Notes: generated by a model not told the origin, from the sequence alone. Positions 42,481 to 53,277 are shown, numbered from the stretch's first letter. The stretch is 64,000 nt of DNA from an uncultured delta proteobacterium (GCA_963814715.1 CAWFDW010000005.1:608864-672863); one strand, 5' to 3'. Translations and numbers: made by a program.

Positions 42481-42886
42481 CTACTTGCTGAAAAAGACCT
42501 CCCGCGCGTGATTGGTGTCGCAATACTCGCGCACCTCGGCAATCTTGTCGCCGTCGAAGCGGATGTCGAAGTGATAGCGATTGTTGTATTTCTTGCCGTT
42601 CGCGGCGGTCGTGTTCGATTCCGCCTGCACCGCGCATCGGTCGCCTTCGCAGATGACGGTGTCGATTCGCAGGCCGAGGCCGCTCGGCATCATCGTCTTG
42701 ATTCCCTTCAGCGAGATTTCGCAGCCCTTCGTGCCCCTTCACCGGAGCCATCCCCTCCATTCGGGTCATAACCTTCCACTCGAAATCGTTCGCGACCATC
42801 GTGGCGAGCCGCACCGGATCGGGGTCTTCAAACTCGTTCAGAAATTCGGTGGCTAGTTCCTTTTTTTCCGCGGATGTCATAGGCAT
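42481..42886 (-). CDS. SnoaL/NTF2-like fold protein; frameshift near 42710
   Basis: MPMTSAEKKELATEFLNEFEDPDPVRLATMVANDFEWKVMT...VKGHEGLRNLAEG, then ...MMPSGLGLRIDTVICEGDRCAVQAESNTTAANGKKYNNRYHFDIRFDGDKIAEVREYCDT... Confidence 0.65.
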
Positions 42887-43081
42887 CTCTCCTCGCGGGC
42901 TGCAGACAGATACCTAGTCCATCCAGCGGGATTACAGCAACATCCAGCGCGAAGCGTTAACGCAAGCGCGATGCCAACGGGCACTGACGGTCGCGATGCG
43001 CATTGCGGCATCACAATTTTTTTCAGAGTCGATGTGCGAGATGCTTAACAGACGGGCGTCCGATTAATCGGCGGGCACCCG

Positions 43082-43687
43082 TCAGGACGCGGTGCTTGCG
43101 CTGCGCTTGGGCTGGAACCGGGGCTCCTCGCCGCGCGACAGGCGCTGGATATTCTCGCGATGGCGAAACAGGATGAGCGCCGCCATCAGGATCGCAAGCA
43201 ACAGGTAGTGATGCGGCAGTCCGAGAATCGCGACGGCGGGCGGCGCCGCAATCGTCGCGCCGATCGTGGCCAGCGACATGATTCGGCTGATCGCAAATAC
43301 GACGACGAACGCCACCAATGCGACCAGGATCACGGTGGGCGAGATTACGAGCCAGATTCCCAGCGCAGCAGCGCCGCCCTTGCCACCCTGAAAGAACAGA
43401 AACACCGAGCAAATCGCGCCGATGAAGGCCGCAAGGGCCACCCATGCGATAGTCGATGGCGGAAAACCCGCCGCGCGCGTCACAATCACGGGAATCGCGC
43501 CTTTGAGGGTGTCGCCAACCAGCGTTATCACCGCCGCGCTCGAACCGCCGGCGCGCGCGACGTTGGACGTCCCGATATTGCCACTGCCGACCGCGCGCGG
43601 ATCGAAGCCGCGGATGCGCCCGACGATCACGCCGGTCGGAATCGACCCGATGAGGTACGCTGCCAGTATCAGGAGTGCGTCGATCAT
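43082..43687 (-). CDS. plsY: Glycerol-3-phosphate acyltransferase PlsY
   Basis: ...AYLIGSIPTGVIVGR...DPRAVGSGNIGTSNVAR...GDTLKGAIPV...FQGGKGGAAALG...RHRENIQRL... Confidence 0.95.
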   Translation of the reverse strand: MIDALLILAAYLIGSIPTGVIVGRIRGFDPRAVGSGNIGTSNVARAGGSSAAVITLVGDTLKGAIPVIVTRAAGFPPSTIAWVALAAFIGAICSVFLFFQGGKGGAAALGIWLVISPTVILVALVAFVVVFAISRIMSLATIGATIAAPPAVAILGLPHHYLLLAILMAALILFRHRENIQRLSRGEEPRFQPKRSASTAS

Positions 43688-43760
43688 AGCGTCAAGACGG
43701 AAAGATGGAAGTATTATTCACGATCGCAGCCGACATGCGGCGACGAATCATTGAAAAAGG

Positions 43761-43838
43761 TGGTCGGGGTGACTGGATTTGAACCAGCGACTCCTGCGTC
43801 CCGAACGCAGTGCTCTGGCCAGGCTGAGCTACACCCCG
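43761..43838 (-). tRNA. tRNA-Pro (anticodon CGG), CCA encoded
   Basis: Reverse complement CGGGGTGTAGCTCAGCCTGGCCAGAGCACTGCGTTCGGGACGCAGGAGTCGCTGGTTCAAATCCAGTCACCCCGACCA. Acceptor CGGGGTG/CACCCCG; anticodon stem CTGCG/CGCAG with loop TTCGGGA; T-arm GCTGG-TTCAAAT-CCAGT. Confidence 0.9.
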
Positions 43839-43973
43839 TCTCCGGTTGCGAGTGATCGGGAAAGTACAGACGAGTGGTTATAGCATCGAAGGCGATAGCG
43901 CGCGAGTCCGGCGAAAACGCGAGTATCGGCTTAATTCAGGGCTGAGCGCCTGAATTTGAAATCGTCAGTGTCT

Positions 43974-44264
43974 TCATTTGCCCAGCCTCTGCATGTTCCA
44001 GAGGTTCTTCGCAGCCATGCAGAGTTCACCGCAGAAATAAATGTCTCTCCCTGCAGTCGTGCATCGCTTCCTAGCTGCGGCCCATGTTCCGTATTGGCCA
44101 TCAAAGTGGGGAGGAGCGGGTGACACCGGCACTTCGGAACACCAGTTCGGATTCGCTGTAGTCGGCGGCGGCGTGATCGCGGCATGTGCGCTCACGACAG
44201 GCACGGACTGAACCATCAGATACCAACCCACAAGCGCGAGCGCGGCTGCGTGGCGGGGCTTCAT
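43974..44264 (-). CDS. Small secreted Cys-containing protein, unknown function
   Basis: MKPRHAAALALVGWYLMVQSVPVVSAHA| is a signal peptide. Four Cys in the mature part. The ATG overlaps the rpe stop (ATGA). Lower G+C. Confidence 0.5.
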   Translation of the reverse strand: MKPRHAAALALVGWYLMVQSVPVVSAHAAITPPPTTANPNWCSEVPVSPAPPHFDGQYGTWAAARKRCTTAGRDIYFCGELCMAAKNLWNMQRLGK

Positions 44265-44953
44265 GGTTGATGCGTGCGCGCGATCACATCGCGCATCTCG
44301 CCCATGATTTTCGTGTAGTCGGGCTTGCCGAAGATTCCTGAGCCGGAGACGAAGACGTTGGCGCCGGCGGCTTTCACGTCCGCGATATTGTCGAGCTTAA
44401 CGCCGCCGTCGATCTCGACGTCGATGCTCAGACCGCGACGCTTCAGCTCGCGCCGGATGTAACGCAGCTTGTCGAGTGCGGCCGGGATGAACTCCTGGCC
44501 GCCGAAGCCCGGATGCACGCTCATCACGAGAATCATGTCGAGATGCTCGGCGAAGGGCAGCACCTTGTCGGCGTCGGTCTCGGGATTGATTCCAATCGAC
44601 GCGCGCGCGCCGAGGTCGTGGATTCGCTTCGCCATCGCGGGGATATCGGGGCATACCTCGCAATGCACCGAAATTGAATTGGCGCCGGCCTTCACGAATG
44701 CTTCGACGTAGCGCGCCGGCTCGGAGATCATCAGGTGCGCATCGAGCGGCAGCCTGGTCACCTTGCGCACCGACTCGAGCACCGGGATTCCAATCGAGAG
44801 ATTGGGCACGAAGTGCCCGTCCATCACGTCGAAATGAATCATGTCGGCGCCGGCCTTTTCGACCGCGCGAATCTCGTCGCCGAGCCGCGCGAAGTCAGCG
44901 GAGAGAATCGAGGGCGCAATTTTGTCGACGGGATCTTTGGTCGAGGAAGCCAT
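44261..44953 (-). CDS. rpe: Ribulose-phosphate 3-epimerase
   Basis: ...IAPSILSADFARLGDEI...GADMIHFDVMDGHFVPNLSIG...LDAHLMI...ILVMSVHPGFGGQEFI...IEIDGGV... Confidence 0.95.
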   Translation of the reverse strand: MASSTKDPVDKIAPSILSADFARLGDEIRAVEKAGADMIHFDVMDGHFVPNLSIGIPVLESVRKVTRLPLDAHLMISEPARYVEAFVKAGANSISVHCEVCPDIPAMAKRIHDLGARASIGINPETDADKVLPFAEHLDMILVMSVHPGFGGQEFIPAALDKLRYIRRELKRRGLSIDVEIDGGVKLDNIADVKAAGANVFVSGSGIFGKPDYTKIMGEMRDVIARTHQP

Positions 44954-44992
44954 TGGCAGAGATTAGCCGCAGCGTGAAACGATTGCGAATCT

Positions 44993-45304
44993 CTAAGATG
45001 CGCTGCGCGCCTGACGTTGAACCGCACGATGCAGATCCCAGTCGGCCTGCAGGCGCATCCACAATTGCGGGGAAGTCTTGAGGAAGCGTCCCAGTCGGAG
45101 CGCAGTATCGGCGGTGATAGCGCGCTTGCCCAGAACTATCTCGTTCAAGCGGTTGAGCGAGATACCGAGGCGGCGGGCAGCTTCGACCTGTCCGACACCG
45201 AGCGGCTTCAGGTATTCCTCGAGGAGGATTTCGCCGGGGGCGACCGCCGGACCCAGCCAGTCAGGATTTCTAGTGATAGTCTTCAATGCAGACTTCGTAG
45301 GCAT
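44993..45304 (-). CDS. higA: HigA-type antitoxin (XRE-family HTH)
   Basis: ...PGEILLEEYLKPLGVGQVEAARRLGISLNRLNEIVLGKRAITADTALRLGRFLKTSPQLWMRLQADWDL... Confidence 0.85.
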   Translation of the reverse strand: MPTKSALKTITRNPDWLGPAVAPGEILLEEYLKPLGVGQVEAARRLGISLNRLNEIVLGKRAITADTALRLGRFLKTSPQLWMRLQADWDLHRAVQRQARSAS

Positions 45305-45560
45305 GTCCGTTTTCCCATCGGAACGTGATGCGAAACTGATCGTTGATCCGAATGCTGTGACGACCGGCCTGATCACCTTTCAACAACTCGAGACGGTTGC
45401 CGGCGGGCGTCGATAAATCTTCGAGACGCGCTGCGACGTCCAACAACTTCAACTTCCTTTGAGCACTGCGCCAGAGCTCCCGAGGAATTCGCCGGGCTGG
45501 ACGAGTGTTTCGCTCCTGAAACAGATCCGCCGCAGTTTGGTCGCGAAATGACTGGATCAA
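45270..45560 (-). CDS. higB: HigB-type toxin (RelE/ParE superfamily, plasmid maintenance killer protein)
   Basis: MIQSFRDQTAADLFQERNTRPARRIPRELWRSAQRKLKLLDVAARLEDLSTPAGNRLELLKGDQAGRHSIRINDQFRITFRWENGHAYEVCIEDYH. Toxin-first order as in canonical higBA; overlaps higA by about 35 nt as called. Confidence 0.85.
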   Translation of the reverse strand: MIQSFRDQTAADLFQERNTRPARRIPRELWRSAQRKLKLLDVAARLEDLSTPAGNRLELLKGDQAGRHSIRINDQFRITFRWENGHAYEVCIEDYH

Positions 45561-45596
45561 CTCTTGTCTACACGCTACCTGAGTACTATGTAATTG

Positions 45597-46159
45597 TCAA
45601 TCGTCCTCGGTCAGCTTCAGCCGGTGCAACGCCATCAGGTCGGTCACTCCCGCTTCGCGGCCGAGTTGACTCAGCAGGGTCGTGATTTGTCCGCGATGGT
45701 GTGTCTGGTGATTGAAAAAATGCGTCACCGCGATCCACATCGGCACTCGATAGCGGCCGGGCGCGGACATCGCGTCGTAGACCATGTCGCGTGCGAGGAA
45801 TTCGGCGGTGATTTCCTTTGATGCGGTCCACGCCTCGATCATGGCGTCAGTCTTTTCGCGCTCGCGGCGCAGCGTCGCGAAATCCGCGTAGAGTTCCTGG
45901 TCGAGCGAGCGAATCTCGATCGCGCGTCCCGCCGCGTCGAGCGATTGCATTCGATCCGCGCCGACAAACCGTCCCATCTGCACGCGGTCGGTCAGCAGCA
46001 GATGGTTCAAGCGTGCGATGAATCGACCCGAAGAACGCATGAAGGTCGCGCTTGCGCTCCTCGTCGCTGAGCGCGCGCGCAGGTATCGTAGATGCTGCGG
46101 TTCATCCGCGTGTTGTACTGCGCCATCAGCCCGAACTGAGTAGTCAGGTTGATCGCCAT
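45597..46159 (-). CDS. DinB-family (four-helix bundle, metal-binding) protein; two frameshifts (about 46075, 46035)
   Basis: MAINLTTQFGLMAQYNTRMNRSIYDTCA / ...LSDEERKRDLHAFFGSIHRTL / NHLLLTDRVQMGR...VTHFFNHQTHHRGQITTLLSQLG... Confidence 0.7.
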
Positions 46160-46863
46160 AGTCCGCGCGCGGGGCTCAGAATCGAGGGAGGGCGCTCGCG
46201 AGCCAGGCGCCGATTGGATTCGAGACCGTTCGGCGCGATGAGTGCGAATGATAGTGATGGCGGCCGACTCTGAGCGATGTAGTGCTTGTCCGATACGAGA
46301 CGTAACTCACATTGCGGGGCGCGGGCCGTGACTGAATTTTCGGCGTAGCTCGACGTGTTCCAGGTTGCCGACGGCGTGCTGGTCGCGGTAGGCGTCACTT
46401 GCACTCTGCCGACGCCCGCGGAGGTCAGCCCGATTTGCCGCGCGGCGCCATGCGACAGGTCAAGCGAGCGGCCGCGTACGAACGGTCCGCGATCGTTGAT
46501 TTTCACCACGACCGACTTGCCGGTGTCGGGGTTGGTTACGCGCACGTGCGATCCGAGCGGCAGAGTCTTGGATGCCGCCGTCAATCCCTCTGGATTGTAG
46601 ACCTCGCCACTGCTGGTGCGGCGTCCCGCGAAGCCGGGTCCATACCATGACGCGACTTCGGTGCGCGTCGTTCTGGAAACCTGCGTTGGCGCCGCGTAGT
46701 AACTCCTCGAGGCGAGCGGCGCGGGCGAGAAATTCTGCGAAGAACATCCGGCGAGCATGAACGCGAACAGGACGCCGAGCGCAAGCGTCAATCGAAATCG
46801 AAATCGAATCGCTCCCAATTTGTCGGGGTTTGCTTTTCTGGAGATTGAGGCGCTCGCGATCAT
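46144..46863 (-). CDS. rlpA: RlpA-like lipoprotein (DPBB domain, septal lytic transglycosylase family); 3' end uncertain
   Basis: Lipobox ...FAFMLAGC|SS; DPBB core ...ASWYGPGFAGRRTSSGEVYNPEGLTAASKTLPLGSHVRVTNPDTGKSVVVKINDRGPFVRGRSLDLSHGAA... The last ~70 codons look non-coding-like and overlap the dinB-family start. Confidence 0.75.
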   Translation of the reverse strand: MIASASISRKANPDKLGAIRFRFRLTLALGVLFAFMLAGCSSQNFSPAPLASRSYYAAPTQVSRTTRTEVASWYGPGFAGRRTSSGEVYNPEGLTAASKTLPLGSHVRVTNPDTGKSVVVKINDRGPFVRGRSLDLSHGAARQIGLTSAGVGRVQVTPTATSTPSATWNTSSYAENSVTARAPQCELRLVSDKHYIAQSRPPSLSFALIAPNGLESNRRLARERPPSILSPARGLWRST

Positions 46864-46932
46864 CAGCCGGCACTCGAAACAAGATGAATGAGGTTGTGCT
46901 CCACGTGCATGCGCCGTCAGTTAAATAAAATT

Positions 46933-48322
46933 CTAGCGCCGAATCAAACGCGCTGCAAAGAATCCGTCGAGTCCGCCGAGGTCGGGACGGGTCTTCATGA
47001 AACCTCGCGCATCGATAACGTCTCTAAATTCGTCGCGACTCACTATGGTGCGATCGATTTCGAAATCAGGATGGTGCGCGAGGAAGGCATCGACGACGCC
47101 TTCGCCCTCTTCGGGCGCGATGCTGCAAACCGAATACACGACGGCGCCGCCGGGACGCACGAGCGCCGCCGCGTTGTCGAGCATCCGCGATTGTATCGCC
47201 GCCATTCGCGCCGGGTCGGTCGGCTTCAGCCGCCACTTTATTTCAGGATGCTCGCGCAGCGTGCCGAGGCCGGTGCATGGCGCGTCGAGGAGCACGTACT
47301 CGAAGCTCGACGGCGCAAGCGGCGGCGCAGCGGTCAGGTCGGCGCAGATAAATTCGACATTGCGATGGCGCAATCGTCGCGCGAGGTCGCGCGCGTTCCT
47401 GAGTCCGTTGAAGTTGAGGTCGACGGCGATCACTCGACCGTGCTCGCCGACGATTTCCGCGAGATGCGTCGCTTTGCCGCCCGGCGCCGCCGCACAATCG
47501 ACGACCGTCGCGCCCACGCGCACTGCAAGCATTCGCGCGACCATCTGCGACGCCTCCGATTGCGCGTGGAACAGGCCGTCGCGATACGCGCTCGATTCGA
47601 AGTGCGGCGCCCCGCCGAGCACGAACGTCTCTGGCGCGCGGCCGGGCGTCGCCGATTTCGAAACCGTCGGCGTTCAGCTTCTCGATTATATCGTCACGAG
47701 AACCGCGCGCGAGGTTCAGCCTGATCACGTTGGGCGCTGCATCGTTATTCGCCGTCATCAGGCGCTCGGCATTCGCGACGCCGAACCAGTCGACGAACCG
47801 CTCGACCATCCATCGCGGATGCGAATATGCAATCGCGAGAAAACTTTTTTCATTTTTTTCACGCGCGGGCAGCGGCGCCGTCTCGCGCGTCGCGCGACGC
47901 ATCACGGCGTTGACGAAGCCCGACGCCTCGCGCGCCTTGGGGATTCGCTTCGCAAGGCTGACCGCGGTGTCGACCACGGCGTGCTGCGGAATTCGGTCGA
48001 GATGTCGAAGCTGGAAAAGCCCCATCCGCATGATCGCGAGCGCCTCAGGCTGAATCCCGGTGAGCTTGCGTCCCGTCAGATGCGCCAGCTCGAAGTCGAG
48101 GCGTCCCTGCCACGCGAGCGTGCCGAGGACCATCCGCGTGATCAGCCGGCGGTCGGCTGGAGGGAAATCGGGCAAGCGTCCACCGAGCAGAACGTCGGCA
48201 TAGCCGGACTCCTGATCGACACGATAGAGAATCTCGACGGCTGCCATCCGCGACGCGAGACCTTCGTCGGTGCGCGCGCTCGCAGTGGCGGCGGGCTTCA
48301 CGTTCGCGCGCTCCTCGCTCAT
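46933..48322 (-). CDS. rsmB: 16S rRNA (cytosine967-C5)-methyltransferase RsmB/Sun; frameshift near 47640
   Basis: MSEERANVKP...RMAAVEILYRVDQESGYADVLL...FVNAVMRRA... (NusB-like domain) / ...FRDGLFHAQSEASQMVA...VVDCAAAPGGKATHLAE...LLDAPCTGLGTLREHPEIKW...VYSVCSI...DGFFAARL... Confidence 0.9.
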
Positions 48323-49247
48323 CCGCCGAATCGAGCTCCTGACTTCGATGCGTTTGCCGCGAAGAAAATCAGCCGCGGAAATTCTCTTTCGCCCCGGCGC
48401 TTGCAGTTCGATCAAGCTAAGTCGGCCGGTGCCGCACTGGACCATGGGACTCGGCTTGACGCTTACAATCGTGCCGGGAGAATCACTGCTTCCTTCTTCT
48501 TGCTCGACCGACGCGCGCCAAATCAGAACTTCGTCGCCGCCGAGACGGGTGCGCGCCACTGGCCACGGATCGTACGCACGGATCATCCGCTCGATCTGCG
48601 CGGCGCTGGCGTTCCAATCGATCACAGACTCCTTCTTTTCGACTTGCGAGGTGTAGGTCGCGAGCGCGTCGTCCTGCGGCGTTTCGACCAGAGCGTCGCG
48701 CGCCGCGAGATCGATCGCCTCAAGCATCGCGACTGCGCCAAGCTCCGCGAGTTTTTCCTTCAACGTCCCTTGCGTGTCGATCGCTTCGATCGGAATCTTC
48801 CGCTGGAAGTACATCGGGCCGGCGTCCATCTGCTCGATGATCCGCATGATCGTGACTCCCGTTTCGGCGTCGCCCGCGAGGATCGCTCCTTCGATTGGTG
48901 CAGCGCCGCGATGCCGTGGCAACAGCGATGCGTGCACGTTCATCGGCGCAATGCGGGGAACGTCGAGGATCGAATTCGGCAGAATTCGTCCGTACGCCGC
49001 GACCACAAGGAGATCCGGCTCGAATGCTTTCAGCTCACTCAGAAATTCCGGTGTCCGAATTTTGGTCGGCTTCAAGACGGAATCTTATGTCTGCTCAGCG
49101 ACTAGCGCCGACTTCGCTCGGTTCCATACCGAGCCCACGCCCGCGCGGCTTGTCGGGACGCGTGACGACGCCGACAACTCTGAAGTTGGCTCCTGAAGCC
49201 GTCACGAGACGTTCCAGGATGTGAGCCGCCAGCGCCGGCGTGCCCAT
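48323..49247 (-). CDS. fmt: Methionyl-tRNA formyltransferase; frameshift near 49100; no stop codon before rsmB as sequenced
   Basis: (IVF)[15 protein letters not shown]...[20 protein letters not shown] / ...[32 protein letters not shown]...[35 protein letters not shown]...[12 protein letters not shown]... Confidence 0.9.
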
Positions 49248-49278
49248 GAAAACAATCTTTAGTGGGTCGGCGATTTTT

Positions 49279-49822
49279 TTAAATCCGCACCGAGGAGGGA
49301 CTTACGCTGTCGGCTTTGCCCTCCTTGATTAGCTTTTTCAGTTTGCGCTTGTAGAGCTCGCGCTTGATTCGGCTGATGCGATCGATGAAGAGCTTGCCGT
49401 CCAGGTGATCGATCTCGTGCTGCAGCGCGACCGCGAGCAGCTCGTCGGCTTCGATCTCGATCTCCTTCTCGTCGACTGTCCAAGCGCGGACCAGCACGTG
49501 CGCCGCGCGCTCGACGTCGGCGGTGTAATCGATCACCGACAGGCAACCCTCTTCCCAAACGATCTTGCCCTCGGCCTCGACGACCTTGCGGGTTGATCAG
49601 TTTCAGCAGACGCTTGCCGGGATTTTCGTGATCGGTGTCGAGCACGATTATCCGCTTCGATTCTCCGACTTGCGGCGCGGCGAGACCGACGCCCGGCGCG
49701 GCGTACATCGTCTGCACCATGCTGTCGATCAGCCCTTCGACGTTGCCGTTGATATTCTTGACCGGCGCGGCCGGCTCCTTGAGCGAGTCGTCGGGGAATT
49801 TGCGGATTTTGAGCAGTGCCAT
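49279..49822 (-). CDS. def: Peptide deformylase; frameshift near 49590
   Basis: [21 protein letters not shown]...[24 protein letters not shown] / ...EEGCLSV...[19 protein letters not shown]... The GxGxAAxQ, EGCLS and HEIDH motifs are all present. Confidence 0.95.
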
Positions 49823-49838
49823 CTGTATTCAGAATCTA

Positions 49839-50785
49839 TCAAAGGGTAACTGGCGCGGCGAGTCCGAGCGGCGCGAGAAATGATTCGACGGCGCGGATGC
49901 ATTCACTCGGGACGCTCGATTTGTAGAAAATGCGACGTTCCCGGAATCGCTTCGTACGGCATCCCGAGCTCCTCGGCCATCGCGCGCCCGATCAGCGCCG
50001 GCGGCTGCGCTTCGTCGATTGTCGGATCGCCGCACACGAGTTTCACCGGCACCGGGCAATGCGCCATCTGCGGCCACAAGTCGGGATCCGCTGCCGCTGG
50101 AAAATACGTGCGCCTCGTATTCGCGCGGACACGCAAGAATCCAGTCGCCACTGGCGCGATCGTGCCGCAGCGTCGCGCGCGCCATCAGCTCGTATGCATC
50201 AGGCTCCCAACTCTTGAAGCGCCGCTTGAACTGCTTCGCCAGGTCCATCGGATCTTTGTAGCGCTCGGGACGCCGCGCCGCGCGCGAGGCGAGCGACTCC
50301 TTGTCGGACTGCTGCAGGTACTGAATTGGATGACCGTCGCGCGGATAGACCGGCGGATCGAACAGCACCAGCGCGTCGAAGCGCCGGCCAAATTTGAGCG
50401 CATGCATCGCAGCCGTGACGCCCGACAGCGAATGAAACAGGCCGGCGGCCGGCTTCGCGCCCAGCTCGCGATTGATCGCGTGCCAGACCACGTCCATGTC
50501 CTCGATGAAGTTCTGCCACGTATGCCCTTCGGCGCCGTGCAACGGGTTGTGGCCGTGATTGCGAAAATCGAAGACGACGACTTCGTAGCGCTCGCGCAGC
50601 GGTCCCCAGAATGGAAAGTAGCCGTCGATCGCGAGGCCGTTGCCGTGACTGAGCACGAGGCGCGGCGCGGCGGGGATACCGTGCTGGCGAACGTGAATCG
50701 TCGCGCCGTCGTGCATCTTCACGTCGAACGCGTGACGCGCGCGCGGCACATGATGAATCGGTGGATGTTCGTTGGTCTCGTTCAT
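49839..50785 (-). CDS. Alpha/beta hydrolase fold protein; about 2 frameshifts (50150, 49905)
   Basis: MNETNEHPPIHHVPRARHAFDVKMHDGATIHVRQHG...LVLSHGNGL...LFHSLSGVTAAM... (nucleophile elbow), ...VCGDPT...IPGTSHFLQIERPE(C)IRAVESFL... Confidence 0.75.
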
Positions 50786-50796
50786 TTTCTCACTGC

Positions 50797-53277
50797 TCAC
50801 AGCATCCTTACCGGATCGATATCGATCGCAAGAAATATGTCGTCGCGTTCGCCGACGGCGCCGACTTCGGCGCGCATCGCGGCGATCGCGGCGCGCATCG
50901 GTTTCAGCTCGCGCGATTTTATCATCACCTGCCATCGGTAGCGCTGCTTGATTCGTTCGATCGGCGCGGGCGCGGGGCCGAGCACGCGGAATCCTTCGGG
51001 CGTCGAGTCTTCCGGTCAGCGATTTCGCGACCGCCTCGGCCATGCGCCTGACGAGTTGCGGCTCCGCGCCTTCGACGCGCACCATCGCGAGGCGCGCGAA
51101 CGGCGGATACATCAGGTCGCGGCGCAGTTCCAGTTCGCGGCGCATGAAGCGCGCGTAGTCCTGATCCTTGGCGGCGCGGATGCTGTAGTGATTCGGCGCG
51201 TACGTCTGGATGATCACGCGGCCGGGACGCTCGCCGCGTCCCGCGCGTCCCGCGATCTGGGTCAGCAACTGAAACGTTCGCTCGGCGGAACGGAAGTCGG
51301 GCATGTTCAGCGCCATGTCGGCGTTGACGACCGCGGCCAGCGTGACGCCGGGAAAATCGAAACCCTTGGTGATCATCTGCGTGCCGACGAGAATATCTAT
51401 TTCGCCGGCGCGAAGCTCGGCCAGCATCCGCGCGCGCGCGCCGCGCACACTGCTGGTGTCGGAGTCCATTCGCTCGATGCGCGCAGTCGGCATCATCTCG
51501 GCCAGCGTCTGCGTGAGCCGCTCGGTGCCGAAGCCCTGCCCCTTGAGCCCGTAGCCTTTGCATTCGGGGCAAGTGTCGGGCGCCGCACTGTGATTGCCGC
51601 AGTAGTGGCATCGGAGCGAGCGATCGCGCATGTGAAACGTCATGCTGACGCTGCAGTTCGGGCACGCGATCACGTTGCCGCAGACGTGGCATTGCAGAAA
51701 ATTGTGGAATCCGCGGCGATTGAGAAACACCATGCTCTGGCCGCGCGACGCGAGATTTTCGCGCAGCGCCGCGACCAGCGTCGTCGAGAGCGGCACCGTG
51801 TCGGGAATCTCTCCCGCTTAGCTTTCGATTCCGCCGGCCCAGCACCGTTCGTGGATTTTGCGGTCGAGAGGCTTGCGCGCTTCGGCGACTTCGCGGCGCA
51901 TATCGACGATTTCGACCGATGCCATCGCGCGATCGTTCACGCGCCGCAAAAGACGCAACAGCCGGTAGCGTCCGCGACGCGCATTTGCATACGACTCGCT
52001 CGACGGCGTCGCCGAGCCGAGCACGACCGGGCATTTCGAAAATCCCGCGAGCGCGACCGCGAGATCGCGCGCGTGATAGTAGATCCCTTCCTCGCTTTTG
52101 TACGACGCGTCGTGCTCCTCGTCGACGACGATCAATCCGATGTCGTGCATCGGCGCGAAAATCACCGAGCGCGGACCGATCATCACGCGCGCCTGCCCGC
52201 CGAGCGCGGCCATCCAGCTCGCCCATCGCTCGGACACGCTCTGCGCGCTGTGCGCGATACCGACCAGCGAGCCGAAGCGCGCGCGAAACGAGCGCACGAT
52301 TTCGTCGGCCAGCGCGATTTCGGGCACCATGATCAGAACGTTGCGGCCCGCCGCGAGCGCGCGCGCGGCGAGGTTCAGGTAAATTTCGGTCTTGCCGCTG
52401 GCGGTGACGCCCCACAGCAGAAACGCTTCGTAGCGGCGATGCTCGATGGCCGGCGAGATCGCGTCGAGCGCGACTTGCTGCTCGTCGGTGAGATCGAACT
52501 CCGCTCGCGACCCCATGACTTGGCGCCGCTGGCGCCGCATCGATCGCGATCAAACCGCGCTGCGCGAGGCTCTTCAGCGCCGCGCCCGCGCCATCGATTG
52601 CAGTTTTCAGATCCTCGACGCGCACGCCTGTCGCGCCGGCGTTGGCGATCGCAGTCAGCACTTCGCGTTGCTTCGGACCGCGCACGCTCTCGATGTTCGC
52701 GCCGATGATGAGGCGCGCGATCAGATCCGCGGTATCGCGATGGCGCCCGGTGGTGGCGGCGCGGCGCTCGAGGATGCCGTCGGCGACGAAGCGCGCAATC
52801 GTCGCGCGCACCTCGCTCGGCGGACCGACTTTTTCGAGTTGCCGGGTGGTCGCTGCGCGCTTCGCGATCGTCTCGATAATCGCACGCTCGACTCGGGTGA
52901 ATGCGGCGCGCGCCAACGGGTCGGGCGGTGTTGCGAGACTGTATGCGGTCCGCGACTCGACGCGCGCGACCGCGGGAATCACGCTGCGGTACGCGTCGGC
53001 AATCGAGACCATGTAGTAGGACGCGAGAAACTCCATCAGTTGGAGATGCGGCGCGATCGAACAGCGGACGCGGCTCGAGCACTTCGAGGATGGGCTTCAG
53101 CTCGCTCGTCGAAAGCCGGTCGCCGACCTCGGTCACGACGCCGGTGACCTTGCGCGATCGCAGCGGCGCGAGCACGCGATGGCCCGGCTGGATGAGGCCG
53201 TCGAGCGCCGGCGGAATCGAATAGGTCAGCGTCTCGAATCCGCGCGTCGCTCCGACGATCACTATATTGGCCTGCAT
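50797..53277 (-). CDS. priA: Primosomal protein N' (replication restart helicase PriA); about 4 frameshifts (53050, 52540, 51810, 50990)
   Basis: MQANIVIVGATRGFETLTYSIPPAL... / ...LWGVTASGKTEIYL...ALIMVPEIAL...IVVDEEHDASYK... / ...FLNRRGFHNFLQCHVCGNVIACPNCSVSMTFH...LRCHYCG...CPECK... (Zn fingers) ...ILVGTQMITKGFDFPGVTL... / ...RYRWQVMIKS... Confidence 0.9.

Noticed and set aside
42996-43030. Plus-strand hairpin (GATGC-N8-GCATC) followed by T7, a possible terminator of an unannotated sRNA
   Set aside because: The stem is only 5 bp and there is no upstream plus-strand gene or promoter. On the minus strand the A-run precedes the stem. It is too weak to call.
43761-44264. Genomic island integrated at tRNA-Pro
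   Set aside because: No integrase is present, no duplicated tRNA 3' segment is visible, and only about 0.4 kb has atypical composition. The evidence is insufficient for an integrative element.
46997-49105. 702-aa plus-strand ORF
   Set aside because: Antisense to rsmB and fmt. The composition (R, S, A runs) is typical of a non-coding frame in high-G+C sequence.
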